A stretch of 49,944 nt of DNA from an uncultured Olsenella sp. (GCA_947253595.1 CAMXZR010000001.1:1-49944), one strand, 5' to 3'. Counted from the first letter of the stretch, positions 37,061 to 47,051 are shown. The notes: generated by a model not told the origin, from the letters alone. Numbers and translations: made by a program.

Positions 37061-37385
37061 GGGGGCTCCTTTGGGCGAGGGGGCGATGGATGCAACGGAA
37101 GCCGCGCGTCGGAGGAGCGGCGCAGTCGACCATGCCCGAAACCTTACACCAAGGGAGGAAGGGAGAGTCAATTGTTTACAACATCGGCTCTGACCCTTCG
37201 CGTTTTCTCGAAAAGCTCTCCGACAGCAGGCCCCTGTTTGTGCACCAGCTTAGGGAGATGACCTTCCGCTCGTCGGCACCCGAGTCGACCTCGGCGCGCT
37301 CGCCGTCCCACAGACGAGTCATGACGCAACGATGGCAATCTGCAAGGCCCGGGCGGTTTGTCCCGAGGCTTCTCCACCGCCCCCG

Positions 37386-38153
37386 TCAGCGACCCGTCCT
37401 CTTCAAGCCGAACATCGCACGGAAGGTGCCCAAGATGCAGAGGAGGTCCCTCCCGAGGCTCCGGTCTCGTATGTACTCGAGCTCGAGCCTCTGGCGCGAA
37501 CCGTCCTCGTAGGTGGCCTCGTTTCTGGCCTTGACCTGCCACCAGCCGGTGATTCCGGGAGTGACGCTCAGGAACTCGGCCACGCTCTGGCCGTAGGCGG
37601 CGAGCTCGTCCGGCTCCACGGGACGCGGCCCGACGACGCTCATCGAGCCAGAGAGGACGTTGAGGAACTGGGGCACCTCGTCCAGGGAGGTCCTGCGCAA
37701 CAGGCGGCCGACCCTGGTGACGCGGGGGTCGCCGTCCACCTTGTGCTCCGTGAGCCACTGCCTGAGCTGGTCGGGGTCGAGATGCTTCTCGACGTCGTCC
37801 GCATCGGCCACCATGGTGCGGATCTTGAGGATGTCGACGGGGATGCCATAGCGGCCCACGCGGCGCTGGGCATAGATGGGGCTTCCCTTGCTGTCCAGCA
37901 CGACCAGCAGGCAGATGGCCAAGGTGGGCACGAGGCCCACGACCACGGCGGCGCTGGAGAAGGCAACGTCGAAGACCCGCTTGGCAATGTGGAAGGCCTT
38001 GGTGTCGCGCGGGCCGGGGACGGGCGGGACCTGCTCCGCCTCTATCACGATGCCGGTGCCAAAGGTGGCCTCCGAGACCACTGCCTGGGCACGCTCCCTG
38101 GTCACGGGAGCAAGGGCATCCTGTCTGGGCTTGAGCCGCAGGTCACGCACCAT
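37386..38153 (-). CDS. Bacterial sugar transferase (priming phosphoglycosyltransferase, CpsE/WcaJ C-terminal type)
   Basis: KRVFD, KIRTM, DPRVTRVGRLLRRTSLDEVPQFLNVLSGSMSVVGPRP and PGITGWWQV motifs; start uncertain. Confidence 0.9.
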   Translation of the reverse strand: MVRDLRLKPRQDALAPVTRERAQAVVSEATFGTGIVIEAEQVPPVPGPRDTKAFHIAKRVFDVAFSSAAVVVGLVPTLAICLLVVLDSKGSPIYAQRRVGRYGIPVDILKIRTMVADADDVEKHLDPDQLRQWLTEHKVDGDPRVTRVGRLLRRTSLDEVPQFLNVLSGSMSVVGPRPVEPDELAAYGQSVAEFLSVTPGITGWWQVKARNEATYEDGSRQRLELEYIRDRSLGRDLLCILGTFRAMFGLKRTGR

Positions 38154-38502
38154 GGCAACGGCCTCGCCCACTACCCCGACGGCTAGCATGGCCACGCCGA
38201 GGCCGCTTGCCACCCCATAGATTGCCGGACACCTGCGACGAACCTTGGCACGCATCGAGGGGGCTCGCCGACCACCTGTTGCTCTTCCCATAGGCCAAGC
38301 TCCCAAAGGCGGGCGTCGCCCATCTGCCCCAAGTCAGAATCCGTAGCTGAAAAAAAATGTTTAAGCTATTCTAGTACAGGGAGCCAGGGGCAGGTGTTGG
38401 CGGGCGGTAGGCACACGAATAACACGTCAGGAAAAGCATGAGGCCGACCGCGGCATCTTGACTCTGACCCCGCAGCCGGAAGCCGAGGGGACACGCCGAT
38501 CC

Positions 38503-39045
38503 CTAGCGCGTCCCTGCGTCCAGGACGTCGAAGCGGTTGATGCGCAGGAGGATCTGGTCCACGTCGAGCGAACCCCAGATTGTGGAGAATCCCTTCCTCC
38601 CCCGCTCGAAGACGCGCACGCTCTGGTAGCCCATGAGGGAGTTGGGCCGCGCCCATTCCAGCCGCGCGATGTCGCGGTAGCACACGGTGCGCGTGAGCCC
38701 CACGAAGGGCGTGATGCGCATCCGGTCCACGTAGGTGACCACCCTATAGTGCTTGATGGCGAGCCAGAAGGCGAAGGTGACCAGGAGAAAGGCCAGGAAG
38801 AAGGCGAAGATCACCGTGGCGTCCGCGTCGAAGGCCCCCAGCACGCAGAGCCAGCCCAGCATGAGGCCCAGGGCCCCCATGAGCACCATGGCCATCACCA
38901 GCATGCGCGAGAAGTGGCCCGAGACGATGTAGGTGTCGTGATGGCTGTGATGGCGCTCGGAGAGTCCCGAGCTGCCCACCAGCTCCATGACGGTGGCGGC
39001 CATGGGCACGGCTGCCGTGAGTCCGGCAAGCATCTGCAGGGTCAT
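38503..39045 (-). CDS. Hypothetical membrane protein (TM pair followed by PH-like soluble domain)
   Basis: Hydrophobic segments followed by RTVCYRDIARLEW; plausible codon usage. Confidence 0.65.
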   Translation of the reverse strand: MTLQMLAGLTAAVPMAATVMELVGSSGLSERHHSHHDTYIVSGHFSRMLVMAMVLMGALGLMLGWLCVLGAFDADATVIFAFFLAFLLVTFAFWLAIKHYRVVTYVDRMRITPFVGLTRTVCYRDIARLEWARPNSLMGYQSVRVFERGRKGFSTIWGSLDVDQILLRINRFDVLDAGTR

Positions 39046-39147
39046 GGGCGGATCGCCCCCGCGTGCCTGCCGTGCATGCGCCCCTCCTCAGCTCCCCGCG
39101 CCCTCCGCGCAACGCCGTGTCCGACCCCTACCCTAAGGGGTAAGAGA

Positions 39148-39184
39148 AATGCCGCCCACAAGCAGTTGGCGTGCGGGCGGCGTT
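39148..39184. terminator. Stem-loop downstream of pepT
   Basis: AATGCCGCCC...GGGCGGCGTT inverted repeat. Confidence 0.45.
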
Positions 39185-39289
39185 CGTCTGTATGCGGCTC
39201 ACTCCCCAGGCGAGGGGTAGGAATTCGTCCGCAAGCGGACGGAGGCAGGTCGCGGCGGAGTCCACCAAGGCGACCGAGGGTCCTCTCCC

Positions 39290-40570
39290 CTACGCCTCCT
39301 GGGGCACGGAGAACTTGCCCACCAGGCGCTGGAGCAGGTCCACCGTGAGCACCATGCTCCTCACGGGGATAAACTCCCTCACGGAGTGGGCGCTGTACCC
39401 ACCCGTGGCCAGGTTGGGACAGGGCAGGCCGCGCAGCGTGAGCTGGCTACCGTCGGTGCCGCCGCGCATGGCGATGACCTTGGTGGGGATCCCCAGCTCC
39501 TCCTGGGCCTCGAGCACGTTGGTGACCAGGAAGTCCATGCCTGTCAGGTGCTCTCCCATGTTGCGGTACTGCACGCGGGTGTCCACGCTCACGGTGTCCG
39601 CGCCGTAGCGGTCGTTCAGGAAGGCCGCGATCTTGCGCAGGGTCTCCTCGCGCTCGACGAAGAGCCTGGAGTCATGGTCACGAACGATGTAGGTCAGCGT
39701 GACGTCGCTCGCCGTCCCATTGATGCGGATGGGGTGATAGAAGCCCTCGCGCCCCTCGGTGTGCTCGGGACGCTCGAAGGCGGGCACCATCTGTTGGAAC
39801 TCGCTCGCCACGGTGATGGCGTTGACCATGATGTCCTTGGCGACGGCGGGATGCACCATGACGCCGTGGATGGTGACCGTCGCCTCCAGGGCGTTGAAGG
39901 TCTCGTAGCTGAACTCTCCCAGCGCCTCGCCGTCCACGGTGTAGCACCACGCGGCTCCGAAGCTCTCTAGATCCAGGAGGCCGGCACCATGGCCTATCTC
40001 CTCGTCGGGGACGAAGGCTATCTTGAGGGTGGGATGCGGGATGCCGGGATCCAGCTGGATGCGGCGCAGGAGCGAGCAGATCTCGGCAACCCCGGCCTTG
40101 TCGTCAGCCGAGAGGAGCGTGCTGCCGTCGCTGCAGACGATGTCCTCGCCCACGAAGCCCTTGAGGTCGGGGAACTGCTCCTGCGTGGTCGTGACCGGCT
40201 TGCCGTCCACAATGCCTGCGACCAGGTCGCCTCCCTCGTAGCGCACGATGTGCGGACGCACGCCCTTGGCCGGGGCGTCGCTCACCGAGTCGATGTGGGC
40301 GCAGAGCCCCAGCGCGGGAAGCCCCTCGGCACCTGCGGAGGCGGGAACGCTGCCCGTCACGTAGGCGTGCTCGTCTACCACAACGCTCTCGACGCCCAGG
40401 TGACGCAGCTCCTCCCCCAGGTAGCGCGCCATCTCGTGCTGAAGCGGCGTGGAAGGCACCTCGCCGTCGTTCAGCGGGTCAGACTCCGAGTCAATCTGCA
40501 CGTAGCGCATGAAGCGCTCCACCACGTCCGGCAGCTCGTTGGCCTGCGTTGGCTGGTCCTCGTTTGCCAT
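39290..40570 (-). CDS. pepT: Peptidase T (tripeptide aminopeptidase)
   Basis: ERFMRYVQIDSES, PST, AHID, LLSADDKAG, PDEEIG, ETFNA and RGGTDG motifs. Confidence 0.95.
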   Translation of the reverse strand: MANEDQPTQANELPDVVERFMRYVQIDSESDPLNDGEVPSTPLQHEMARYLGEELRHLGVESVVVDEHAYVTGSVPASAGAEGLPALGLCAHIDSVSDAPAKGVRPHIVRYEGGDLVAGIVDGKPVTTTQEQFPDLKGFVGEDIVCSDGSTLLSADDKAGVAEICSLLRRIQLDPGIPHPTLKIAFVPDEEIGHGAGLLDLESFGAAWCYTVDGEALGEFSYETFNALEATVTIHGVMVHPAVAKDIMVNAITVASEFQQMVPAFERPEHTEGREGFYHPIRINGTASDVTLTYIVRDHDSRLFVEREETLRKIAAFLNDRYGADTVSVDTRVQYRNMGEHLTGMDFLVTNVLEAQEELGIPTKVIAMRGGTDGSQLTLRGLPCPNLATGGYSAHSVREFIPVRSMVLTVDLLQRLVGKFSVPQEA

Positions 40571-40659
40571 GCCCTACTCCCCTTCCAGGGTCGACGCCCG
40601 CGACACGGAGGCGCCGTTGCGATCGATGCAGTACCTCTGGGGCCGTCTTGACCGAAGCG

Positions 40660-40752
40660 GTCGAAAAAAGCGCATTGAATCCAGGACGATGGAACGAATC
40701 CTGGCCAAACGCCAATCGTCTTCACAATTGAACGCTTCCGTGCGCAGCTTTT
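40660..40752 (+). repeat. Type-2 intergenic element (GCGCA-N66-TGCGC)
   Basis: Shares GCGCATTG-N22-CCTGGnnAAACG-N5-CGTCTyCACAAy-N5-GCTTCCGTGCGCAG with 26901-26978. Confidence 0.75.
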
Positions 40753-40781
40753 GGCACGCAATCGACCGCCGCCGTTACGGA

Positions 40782-41024
40782 CTAGTCCTCGTCGGCCAGA
40801 CGATGGACCATGGACAGCAGCGACTGGGCGCTGTTGAAGTTGGCGGGAACGATCTCCTTGGCGGGGACGGCCACGTCGAACTCGTCGTCGATGGCGCTCA
40901 CGATGGAGAGGATGTCGAAGGAGTCGAGGATGCGATCGTCGATGAGGGTGGTGCAGCTGGCGTAGTCCACTCCCTCCTTCACGTCGTTGAGCAGGTCAAT
41001 CATGGCGTCGAGATCGATGTCCAT
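40782..41024 (-). CDS. Acyl/aminoacyl carrier protein (DltC-like)
   Basis: 80 aa, acidic, ILDSFDILSIV phosphopantetheine site, EIVPANFNS motif. Confidence 0.9.
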   Translation of the reverse strand: MDIDLDAMIDLLNDVKEGVDYASCTTLIDDRILDSFDILSIVSAIDDEFDVAVPAKEIVPANFNSAQSLLSMVHRLADED

Positions 41025-41101
41025 GCTGGTCTCCCATCTGGGTAGTCGTGTCGTCGGTCCAGTGCTTGCATGGGGCGCTCGTCGCCCGCGCTCGAAAGAG
41101 T

Positions 41102-42409
41102 CTATGCCTGCGATGTGGAAGGCGTGTTGAGGCCGCTCGTCTGGATCCAGTCGCGTGCCAGCACGACGCTGCCGTCCGTCTCCAGGAGCAGGACGCGCGG
41201 CATCGTGCGGCTCAGGAAGAGGTGGATGCCCTCGGTGACGGAGTAGGCGCCCAGGTTCCTCAGGGCAAGCACGTCGCCCATGCGCAGGTCGACCATGGGG
41301 AGGCTGCGAACGAGTACGTCGGCCGTGGTGCAGAGGCTGCCACAGAGGCTCCACGTGCTCGGGCCGTCGCCCGGACGCCCGGTCGCGTCCGGGCCGACAC
41401 CCCCGGGACCCGCGAGCGGTGCCGGCCCGCCGGGTAGCTCCGCGCCCGCGCGCGCGGTGGCGCTGAGGTCCTGGACCACGGGCAGCTTCATGCCCATCAT
41501 CTGGCCCAGGTAGGTGACGTGGTTCATGCCGCCGTCCACGAAGGCGTAGTTGGTTCCCTCGTTGGACTTGAGGTCGACGATGCCCGTGAGGTAGCTCCCG
41601 CACTCGGTGGCGAAGAAGCGTCCCATCTCCACCGTCAGCTCGACCTTCCCGGCGACCCTCCGCAGGTCATCCGCGATCTGCCTGGCGGGGGCGAGCGTGT
41701 CCTGGAAGTCCTCCCCCTCGAAGAGGGGCACGGCCAGGCCGGGACCGTACTCGAGGCGTTCGGGCCGCCATCCGTGCTCGCGCTCCAGGACGTCGAGCAG
41801 CCCCTCGAGCCTCTGCAGCTCGTGTGCCTGGTGCCTGAGCTTTCGGCGCTGGGTGCCCACGAAGTAGTGGATGCCCACGAGCTCGGCCGCGGGGAAGTCG
41901 CGTCGCTCGTCCACGATGCGCAGGAGGTCCTCGAGCGACATGCCGAACTGGCTGCCCCCGTTGAGCCTGAGCAGCACGGGAACGACCCGTCCCGCCTGCG
42001 CGGCGCAGCGTTCCACCAGCTCGAACTGGAGGCGCGACTCGGCGGTGAAGCAGCCCACGCCAAAGGCCAGGGCCTCTCTCACGTCGTCCTCCCGCTTGCA
42101 GACGCCGGAATAGACGATGCCCTGGGGCTCGACGCCGAGGGACTCGCAGATGGCAAGCTCGCCGGGGCTGCAGACCTCGAGCTTGAGGCCCCCCTCCGCC
42201 GCCGCGCCGACCAGGAAGGGGTTGGCCTTGATGGAATAGCAGAGCCCCACCTCGGGACCGAAGATCTCTGCGACCTCACGCAGGCGGCGTTGGAAGGGTC
42301 CCAGCTCGAAGACGAAGCTCGGCGTGCCGAACTCCTGCGCGAGCGAGAGGAGCTCCCCTCCCGTGGCGAAGCCCCCCTCGGGGGCGAGGCGGCTGTACCT
42401 TCCGCTCAT
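41102..42409 (-). CDS. Fold-type III PLP-dependent decarboxylase (LysA/BtrK-like)
   Basis: FGTPSFVF, CYSIKANP (PLP lysine), SPGEL, SQFGM, HYFVGTQ, EMGRF, CGSLCTTAD and GAYS motifs. Confidence 0.88.
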   Translation of the reverse strand: MSGRYSRLAPEGGFATGGELLSLAQEFGTPSFVFELGPFQRRLREVAEIFGPEVGLCYSIKANPFLVGAAAEGGLKLEVCSPGELAICESLGVEPQGIVYSGVCKREDDVREALAFGVGCFTAESRLQFELVERCAAQAGRVVPVLLRLNGGSQFGMSLEDLLRIVDERRDFPAAELVGIHYFVGTQRRKLRHQAHELQRLEGLLDVLEREHGWRPERLEYGPGLAVPLFEGEDFQDTLAPARQIADDLRRVAGKVELTVEMGRFFATECGSYLTGIVDLKSNEGTNYAFVDGGMNHVTYLGQMMGMKLPVVQDLSATARAGAELPGGPAPLAGPGGVGPDATGRPGDGPSTWSLCGSLCTTADVLVRSLPMVDLRMGDVLALRNLGAYSVTEGIHLFLSRTMPRVLLLETDGSVVLARDWIQTSGLNTPSTSQA

Positions 42410-43929
42410 CGACGCACTCCCATCTGCGCCAGCTCGGCGCGGTCGATCTTGCCGTTCTTGGTGAGGGGCAGCTCCTCCAGGCGACGGAGCTGGCGGGGGA
42501 CCATGTAGGAGGGAAGGCGTGCGCCCAGGACGTCGAGGAGCTCGTCCTCTCCGGGCGTGCCCACGTAGAAGAGGCGGATGCGCTTGCGGCGCGCGTCATA
42601 GACGCAGCAGGCACGCTCCACGCCCTCGACCGCCTGTGCCGCCGCCTCGATGTCTCCCAGCTCGATGCGCTGTCCCAGGTGCTTGATCTGGTGGTCCTTG
42701 CGCGAGGCGTAGACCAGGTTGCCGTCCCCGTCGTAGCGCGCCAGGTCACCCGTGCGGTACACGGGCTCGAGCCAGCGGCCGTTGAGGGGGCTCTGCACGA
42801 AGGCTGCGGCGGTCTTCTCCCCATCGCCCAGGTACCCCAGGCCCAGGGCGGTGCCGCTCACGCAGACCTCGCCCTCCTCGCCGGGCTCGGTGACCTCGCG
42901 CCCCTCCTCGTCCAGCAGGAACACGCGCTCGTTGGGGAAGGCGCCTCCCATCGGAATGACCTCGTCGTTGGCGTAGTCCCGTTCGACCTCGAAGTAGGTG
43001 CAGTTGCAGGTTATCTCCGTCGGGCCGTAGAGGTTCACGAAGCGCGCCTCGGGCAGGAAGCTCCGCCACACGCGCAGCTGCTTGGGGGGCATGACCTCAC
43101 CGGAGAAGAGGACCCGCCGCACCGTCCGGGGCACGCGATAGTCGAAGCCATGCATGATCGAGACGAAGCAGAGGGCGCTCACGGCCCAGACCAGGGTGGT
43201 CACCTCGCCGTCCGCCAGGTAGTCCATGAGCCGGGTGGGGTTGGAGAAGTATGGGCGCGGGATGATGCGCAGGGTCGCGCCGCAGCAGAGGCTGGAGTAG
43301 ATGTCCTTGACCGACACGTCGAAGTCGAAGGGTGCCTGGTTGCCCAGCACGTCGTCGGGACCGATCCCGAAGGTCTGGGTGAAGACGTTGATGAAGTCGA
43401 TGACCGAGCGATGCGAGACCACGACCCCCTTGGGCGTGCCCGTGCTGCCGCTGGTGAAGTTGACGTAGAGCGGGTCGACGTCGATTGCCGCCGCGCGAAC
43501 GCCAGCCAGCGCGGCATCGTCCGAGCGTGGGGACGAGAGGGCCTCGTCCACAAGGGCGACCCTCGTGCCCGTGCCCGCGAGGGCGCGACGGGCGGCATCC
43601 TCGTTCGCGCGGTCGGTGAGGACCAGGGCGGGCCCGAGCGTTCCGCAGATCGACCGGATGCGCACATCGGGCTGGCGCACGTCGAGCACGGAGTAGAAGC
43701 CGCCCGCGTACACGGCACCCAGCATGCAGCAGAGGGCGTCCGCGCTCTTCTCGAGGTAGAGGGCGAGCGCCTGGCGCGGGGCCATCCCCTGCGAGACGAG
43801 CCAGCATCCCGCCCGCCTGGACCGGTCGAGCAGCTGGGCATAGCTCAGCTCGGAGTCGGGGTCCGCCACGGCCAGGCTGTCCGGCCGGAGCACGGCCTGA
43901 GCCTCGAGCCATTCGAGCACGTTTCTCAT
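42406..43929 (-). CDS. Stand-alone amino acid adenylation domain (DltA-like carrier-protein ligase)
   Basis: YVNFTSGSTGTPKGV, FDFDVSV, FSGE, NLYGPTE, YRTGDL and PLTKNGKIDR motifs. Confidence 0.93.
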   Translation of the reverse strand: MRNVLEWLEAQAVLRPDSLAVADPDSELSYAQLLDRSRRAGCWLVSQGMAPRQALALYLEKSADALCCMLGAVYAGGFYSVLDVRQPDVRIRSICGTLGPALVLTDRANEDAARRALAGTGTRVALVDEALSSPRSDDAALAGVRAAAIDVDPLYVNFTSGSTGTPKGVVVSHRSVIDFINVFTQTFGIGPDDVLGNQAPFDFDVSVKDIYSSLCCGATLRIIPRPYFSNPTRLMDYLADGEVTTLVWAVSALCFVSIMHGFDYRVPRTVRRVLFSGEVMPPKQLRVWRSFLPEARFVNLYGPTEITCNCTYFEVERDYANDEVIPMGGAFPNERVFLLDEEGREVTEPGEEGEVCVSGTALGLGYLGDGEKTAAAFVQSPLNGRWLEPVYRTGDLARYDGDGNLVYASRKDHQIKHLGQRIELGDIEAAAQAVEGVERACCVYDARRKRIRLFYVGTPGEDELLDVLGARLPSYMVPRQLRRLEELPLTKNGKIDRAELAQMGVRR

Positions 43930-43993
43930 GTTCTCGCCTTTCCCGCCGCATCCCGCCCCCGCCGCAACCGCGGCAGGGGCCAGGGCAGCGCTA

Positions 43994-45442
43994 CTAGTAC
44001 GTGACCAGGACGTTCGACCGGCGGTCGAACTCCGCCGTCGAGCCCACGAGGCGGGCGCGCACGTAGACGACCTTCTCCCCATGCCCCGTGACTGGCAGGT
44101 CGAAGACCGGGTCCTCGCTCCAGTCGCGAACCAGCTCGGTCGCGTCCGAACCCCTCTCGCCCACGTAGAACTGGTACTCGACCCTGCGTCCCAGCCCCGC
44201 GTAGGGCGTGGCCGTGACGCGCACGGCACCCTCGACGGGCTCCTCGTCGAGGGTCACCGCCGACGGCCTGTCTATGGACGCGAGATACTCGTCCCACCTG
44301 TCGTAGGAGTAGAAGTGCTGCGACAGGCCCTCCCCCGCCTCGGATCGTGCGAGCAGCTCGCCGAAGGACTTCGTGAAACGAGCCGCGCCGCTAACGTTGA
44401 GGTGCTCGCCATCCAGGAAGTCCGACTCGTCCGCCACGTAGGCGGAGCTCCTCGCCAGGTTGAAGTCGAGGAAGCGAAACCCGGCGTCAGTCACGATCTT
44501 CTGGGCGCGTGGCATCTGCTGGGGGTAGTAGTCTCCGTAGCAGAGCACGTTGAAGGTTGGGCAGGGGGCGACGACCACCGTCAGCTCGACACCATTCCTG
44601 CGGCAGAGGTCGCAGATGCGCCTCAGGGCGTCGAGGGTGTCCTCACGGAAGGGCTTCTTGCCGTACTGCGACGAGAAGAGCAGCTCCTTGGCGTTGGCGT
44701 AGTCGATCACGAAATCGTAGTTCCCGTAGCCCTTGCCCTGGTAGTGCCACTGGGGGTCGCGCTCCTGGGCGGCCTCGAGCTGCGTGGTGCCGTCCAGGCG
44801 CTGGCGCAGGTTCTGGACCACGGCACGCGGCGACATGCCCACGCGGTTGAAGGCCCAGGGAAAGAGGAAGTTGAGCGACTGGCTGGTGCCCACGAACTCG
44901 TGGCTTCCCATGAGCCCCCAGAGGGCGCTGGCACGATACCCCAGGGACTGCCCCTCGCAGCGGGCGAGCAGGTAGGCCATGCGGGCGTTGGGGTACGAGC
45001 CCTCGGAGAAGCTCGCGTAGTCGACGCCCAGAACCGCCCTCTTCACGTGATGGTCGCGTATGGCCTGCTCGATGCCTATATACGAGTCCTCAAGCGACTG
45101 TGCCGAGGAAGAGAGGCTGAACGACTTCGCCCTGAGGGTGCCGTCGAGCACCCGCAGGTCCACGGAGCGCTCCGACACGGAGGAGCCCACCACGATGGTG
45201 TCTATGCCCCCTCTCGCCACCGACCGGTACTCGGACCAGCGGACCGCGCTCAGGCTGCCGTAGGGATCGAGAAGCAGCGTGGCCAGGACGTTGGCCAGCG
45301 TGAGAAGGACGAGGGCGGCGAGGACACCGAGGGCGCGACGGCCCCACGTGCGACGGCGAGGCATGGCATCGGAGGGAATCGCGGCAGACCCCCGGACAAG
45401 GGCGTCCGGGGCGTCCTCCCTCGTGGGCCGCCGCTCGTCCAT
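43994..45442 (-). CDS. Membrane-anchored SGNH-like (DltD/AlgJ-type) protein
   Basis: N-terminal TM segment, VVGSS block and FLDGEHLNVSGA (D-x-x-H) motif. Confidence 0.7.
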   Translation of the reverse strand: MDERRPTREDAPDALVRGSAAIPSDAMPRRRTWGRRALGVLAALVLLTLANVLATLLLDPYGSLSAVRWSEYRSVARGGIDTIVVGSSVSERSVDLRVLDGTLRAKSFSLSSSAQSLEDSYIGIEQAIRDHHVKRAVLGVDYASFSEGSYPNARMAYLLARCEGQSLGYRASALWGLMGSHEFVGTSQSLNFLFPWAFNRVGMSPRAVVQNLRQRLDGTTQLEAAQERDPQWHYQGKGYGNYDFVIDYANAKELLFSSQYGKKPFREDTLDALRRICDLCRRNGVELTVVVAPCPTFNVLCYGDYYPQQMPRAQKIVTDAGFRFLDFNLARSSAYVADESDFLDGEHLNVSGAARFTKSFGELLARSEAGEGLSQHFYSYDRWDEYLASIDRPSAVTLDEEPVEGAVRVTATPYAGLGRRVEYQFYVGERGSDATELVRDWSEDPVFDLPVTGHGEKVVYVRARLVGSTAEFDRRSNVLVTY

Positions 45443-45458
45443 GGGTCCTCTCCCTCCG

Positions 45459-47051
45459 CTAGAAGTTCGCATACATGAACCCCCCAGCATTGCCGACCGA
45501 GAACGCGTACGAGGCGGCCACCAGGAAGAGCAGGGCGACATAGGTGCAGGTCCTGACCATCACCCCTCGCGAGAGCACGAGCGCGCGCACGTCGTGGCCT
45601 CGTTCCTCGAGGAGGCTCACCGCGAAGATGACCGCGCATCCGATGATTGCGACGTAGCTGATGCCGAGGGGGCCCGCCGACTTGGAGCCGAAGAGCTCCG
45701 CCAGGGTCGGCCTCATGAGCTGCGGGGCGAAGTTGAGGAAGGTGGCACGCAGGCAGGTCAGGGAGTCGCCGATGTCGTAGATGCGGTCGAAGTACCAGCC
45801 GAGGTTGACCACCAGGAAGGTCCTGAGGACGGCCCAGGCGTGCCAGAGGCGGGGCCGGGCGTCCGCGTGCAGGGCGACACGCAGCCGGGCGAAGGCCGGG
45901 GAGAGCAGGTCCGCCGCGGCGATGACCAGTCCGTTGTAGAGGCCCCAGGCGACGTAGTGGGTCTCGGCCCCGTGCCAGACGCCCACGATGAGGAAGACCA
46001 GGATGTTGGCACAGCAGGCGGGCAAGGTCCTGCCCAGGTGCCGACCGAGCCTCTCGCCCGACCAGCGCCCCAGGGCCTTCATGGGCCGGGTGAGCGCGAA
46101 GGGATAGAAGACGTAGTCGCGCATCCAGGAGCCGAGAGAGACGTGCCAGCGCCTCCAGAAGTCGGCGAGCGAGACGGCGAAGTAGGGCCTCTTGAAGTTG
46201 GGTGCCATGCGGATGCCCAGGAGCTCCGAGGCGGCGAGCACCATGTCGATGCCACCCGAGAAGTCGGCGTACTGCTGGGCGGAGTAGAGGAGGATCCCAA
46301 AGGCGACGACCGAGCCGGGGATGCCCACGTCCACGCCCGAGAAGATCGCGTCGATCCTGCCCGAGAGTGCGTTGGCCACGGCATACTTCTTCATCGCGCC
46401 GAAGAGGAAGAGGAGGGCCGCCCGCCGCGTGCGGTCCCAGTTGGCGCGGTTGCGGCCCACGAGCTGCGGGGCCAGGTCGTCCCAGCGGTTGATTGGACCC
46501 TGGATGAGCTGGGGGAAGTACGAGACGAAGAGCAGGTAGCGCGGGAGGCTGCGCTCCGCCTCCACCCGACCGTTGTAGCAGTCCAGCAGGTAGCCCAGGG
46601 CCTGGAAGATATAGAAGGAGATGCCGAGGGGCAGGACCAGGCCGAGGCTCGTGGGAGAGGGCTCCCGGCCCGCCTGCCAGAGGATCACGTTCCAATACTT
46701 GAGGTAGGCGAGCGCCCCCAGGCAGCAGGCCAGGGCGACGAGGAGCACGAGGCGGCGGCGGCGCGCGAAGAGGGCCTTGACCGCCTTCTTCTCCGTCCGG
46801 TCGCGGGCGGCCTTCCGTGCTTCCCTGCAGGCCGCGTCGAGGCGGGCGAAGGCGAGTCCCGCCGCCCAGGTGACGGTTGCGGTGGCCACGACGAGCCAGA
46901 GCGTGGGAAGTCCACCCATGAGGCAGTAGAAGCCGAGGCTGCCGGCGAGCAGGACGACCCACTGCCCGCGACCGAAGAGGCGGCCCACGCCGAAGTAGAG
47001 AACGGCGAGGGCGGCAAGGAAGAGGACGAAGCTGAGGGAATAGAGCTCCAA
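45459..47051 (-). CDS. MBOAT family O-acyltransferase (AlgI/DltB-like)
   Basis: LPLGISFYIFQ, YFPQLIQGPI, YADFSG, NFKRPY, DFWRRWHVSL and GVWHG (catalytic His) motifs; TTG start after GGAAGG. Confidence 0.93.
   Translation of the reverse strand: MELYSLSFVLFLAALAVLYFGVGRLFGRGQWVVLLAGSLGFYCLMGGLPTLWLVVATATVTWAAGLAFARLDAACREARKAARDRTEKKAVKALFARRRRLVLLVALACCLGALAYLKYWNVILWQAGREPSPTSLGLVLPLGISFYIFQALGYLLDCYNGRVEAERSLPRYLLFVSYFPQLIQGPINRWDDLAPQLVGRNRANWDRTRRAALLFLFGAMKKYAVANALSGRIDAIFSGVDVGIPGSVVAFGILLYSAQQYADFSGGIDMVLAASELLGIRMAPNFKRPYFAVSLADFWRRWHVSLGSWMRDYVFYPFALTRPMKALGRWSGERLGRHLGRTLPACCANILVFLIVGVWHGAETHYVAWGLYNGLVIAAADLLSPAFARLRVALHADARPRLWHAWAVLRTFLVVNLGWYFDRIYDIGDSLTCLRATFLNFAPQLMRPTLAELFGSKSAGPLGISYVAIIGCAVIFAVSLLEERGHDVRALVLSRGVMVRTCTYVALLFLVAASYAFSVGNAGGFMYANF

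Noticed and set aside
37061..37380. SAM riboswitch or T-box upstream of metY
   Set aside because: No SAM-I, SAM-IV, SMK or T-box consensus was seen on the minus strand.
38350..38357. A8 tract as a phase-variation site
   Set aside because: Short, non-coding and downstream of the putative -10 rather than in the promoter spacer; no supporting evidence.
38403..38410. ops/JUMPstart-like GGCGGTAG upstream of the sugar transferase
   Set aside because: Wrong strand for the minus-strand gene, and an 8-mer is likely by chance at this GC content.
40782..41603. 273-aa ORF ending in the carrier domain
   Set aside because: The upstream part overlaps the decarboxylase out of frame; the carrier protein starts at 41024.
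41102..42409. Calling the decarboxylase lysA and the cluster dltABCD
   Set aside because: Operon context and the AlgI-like MBOAT differ from the canonical systems, so gene symbols were withheld.
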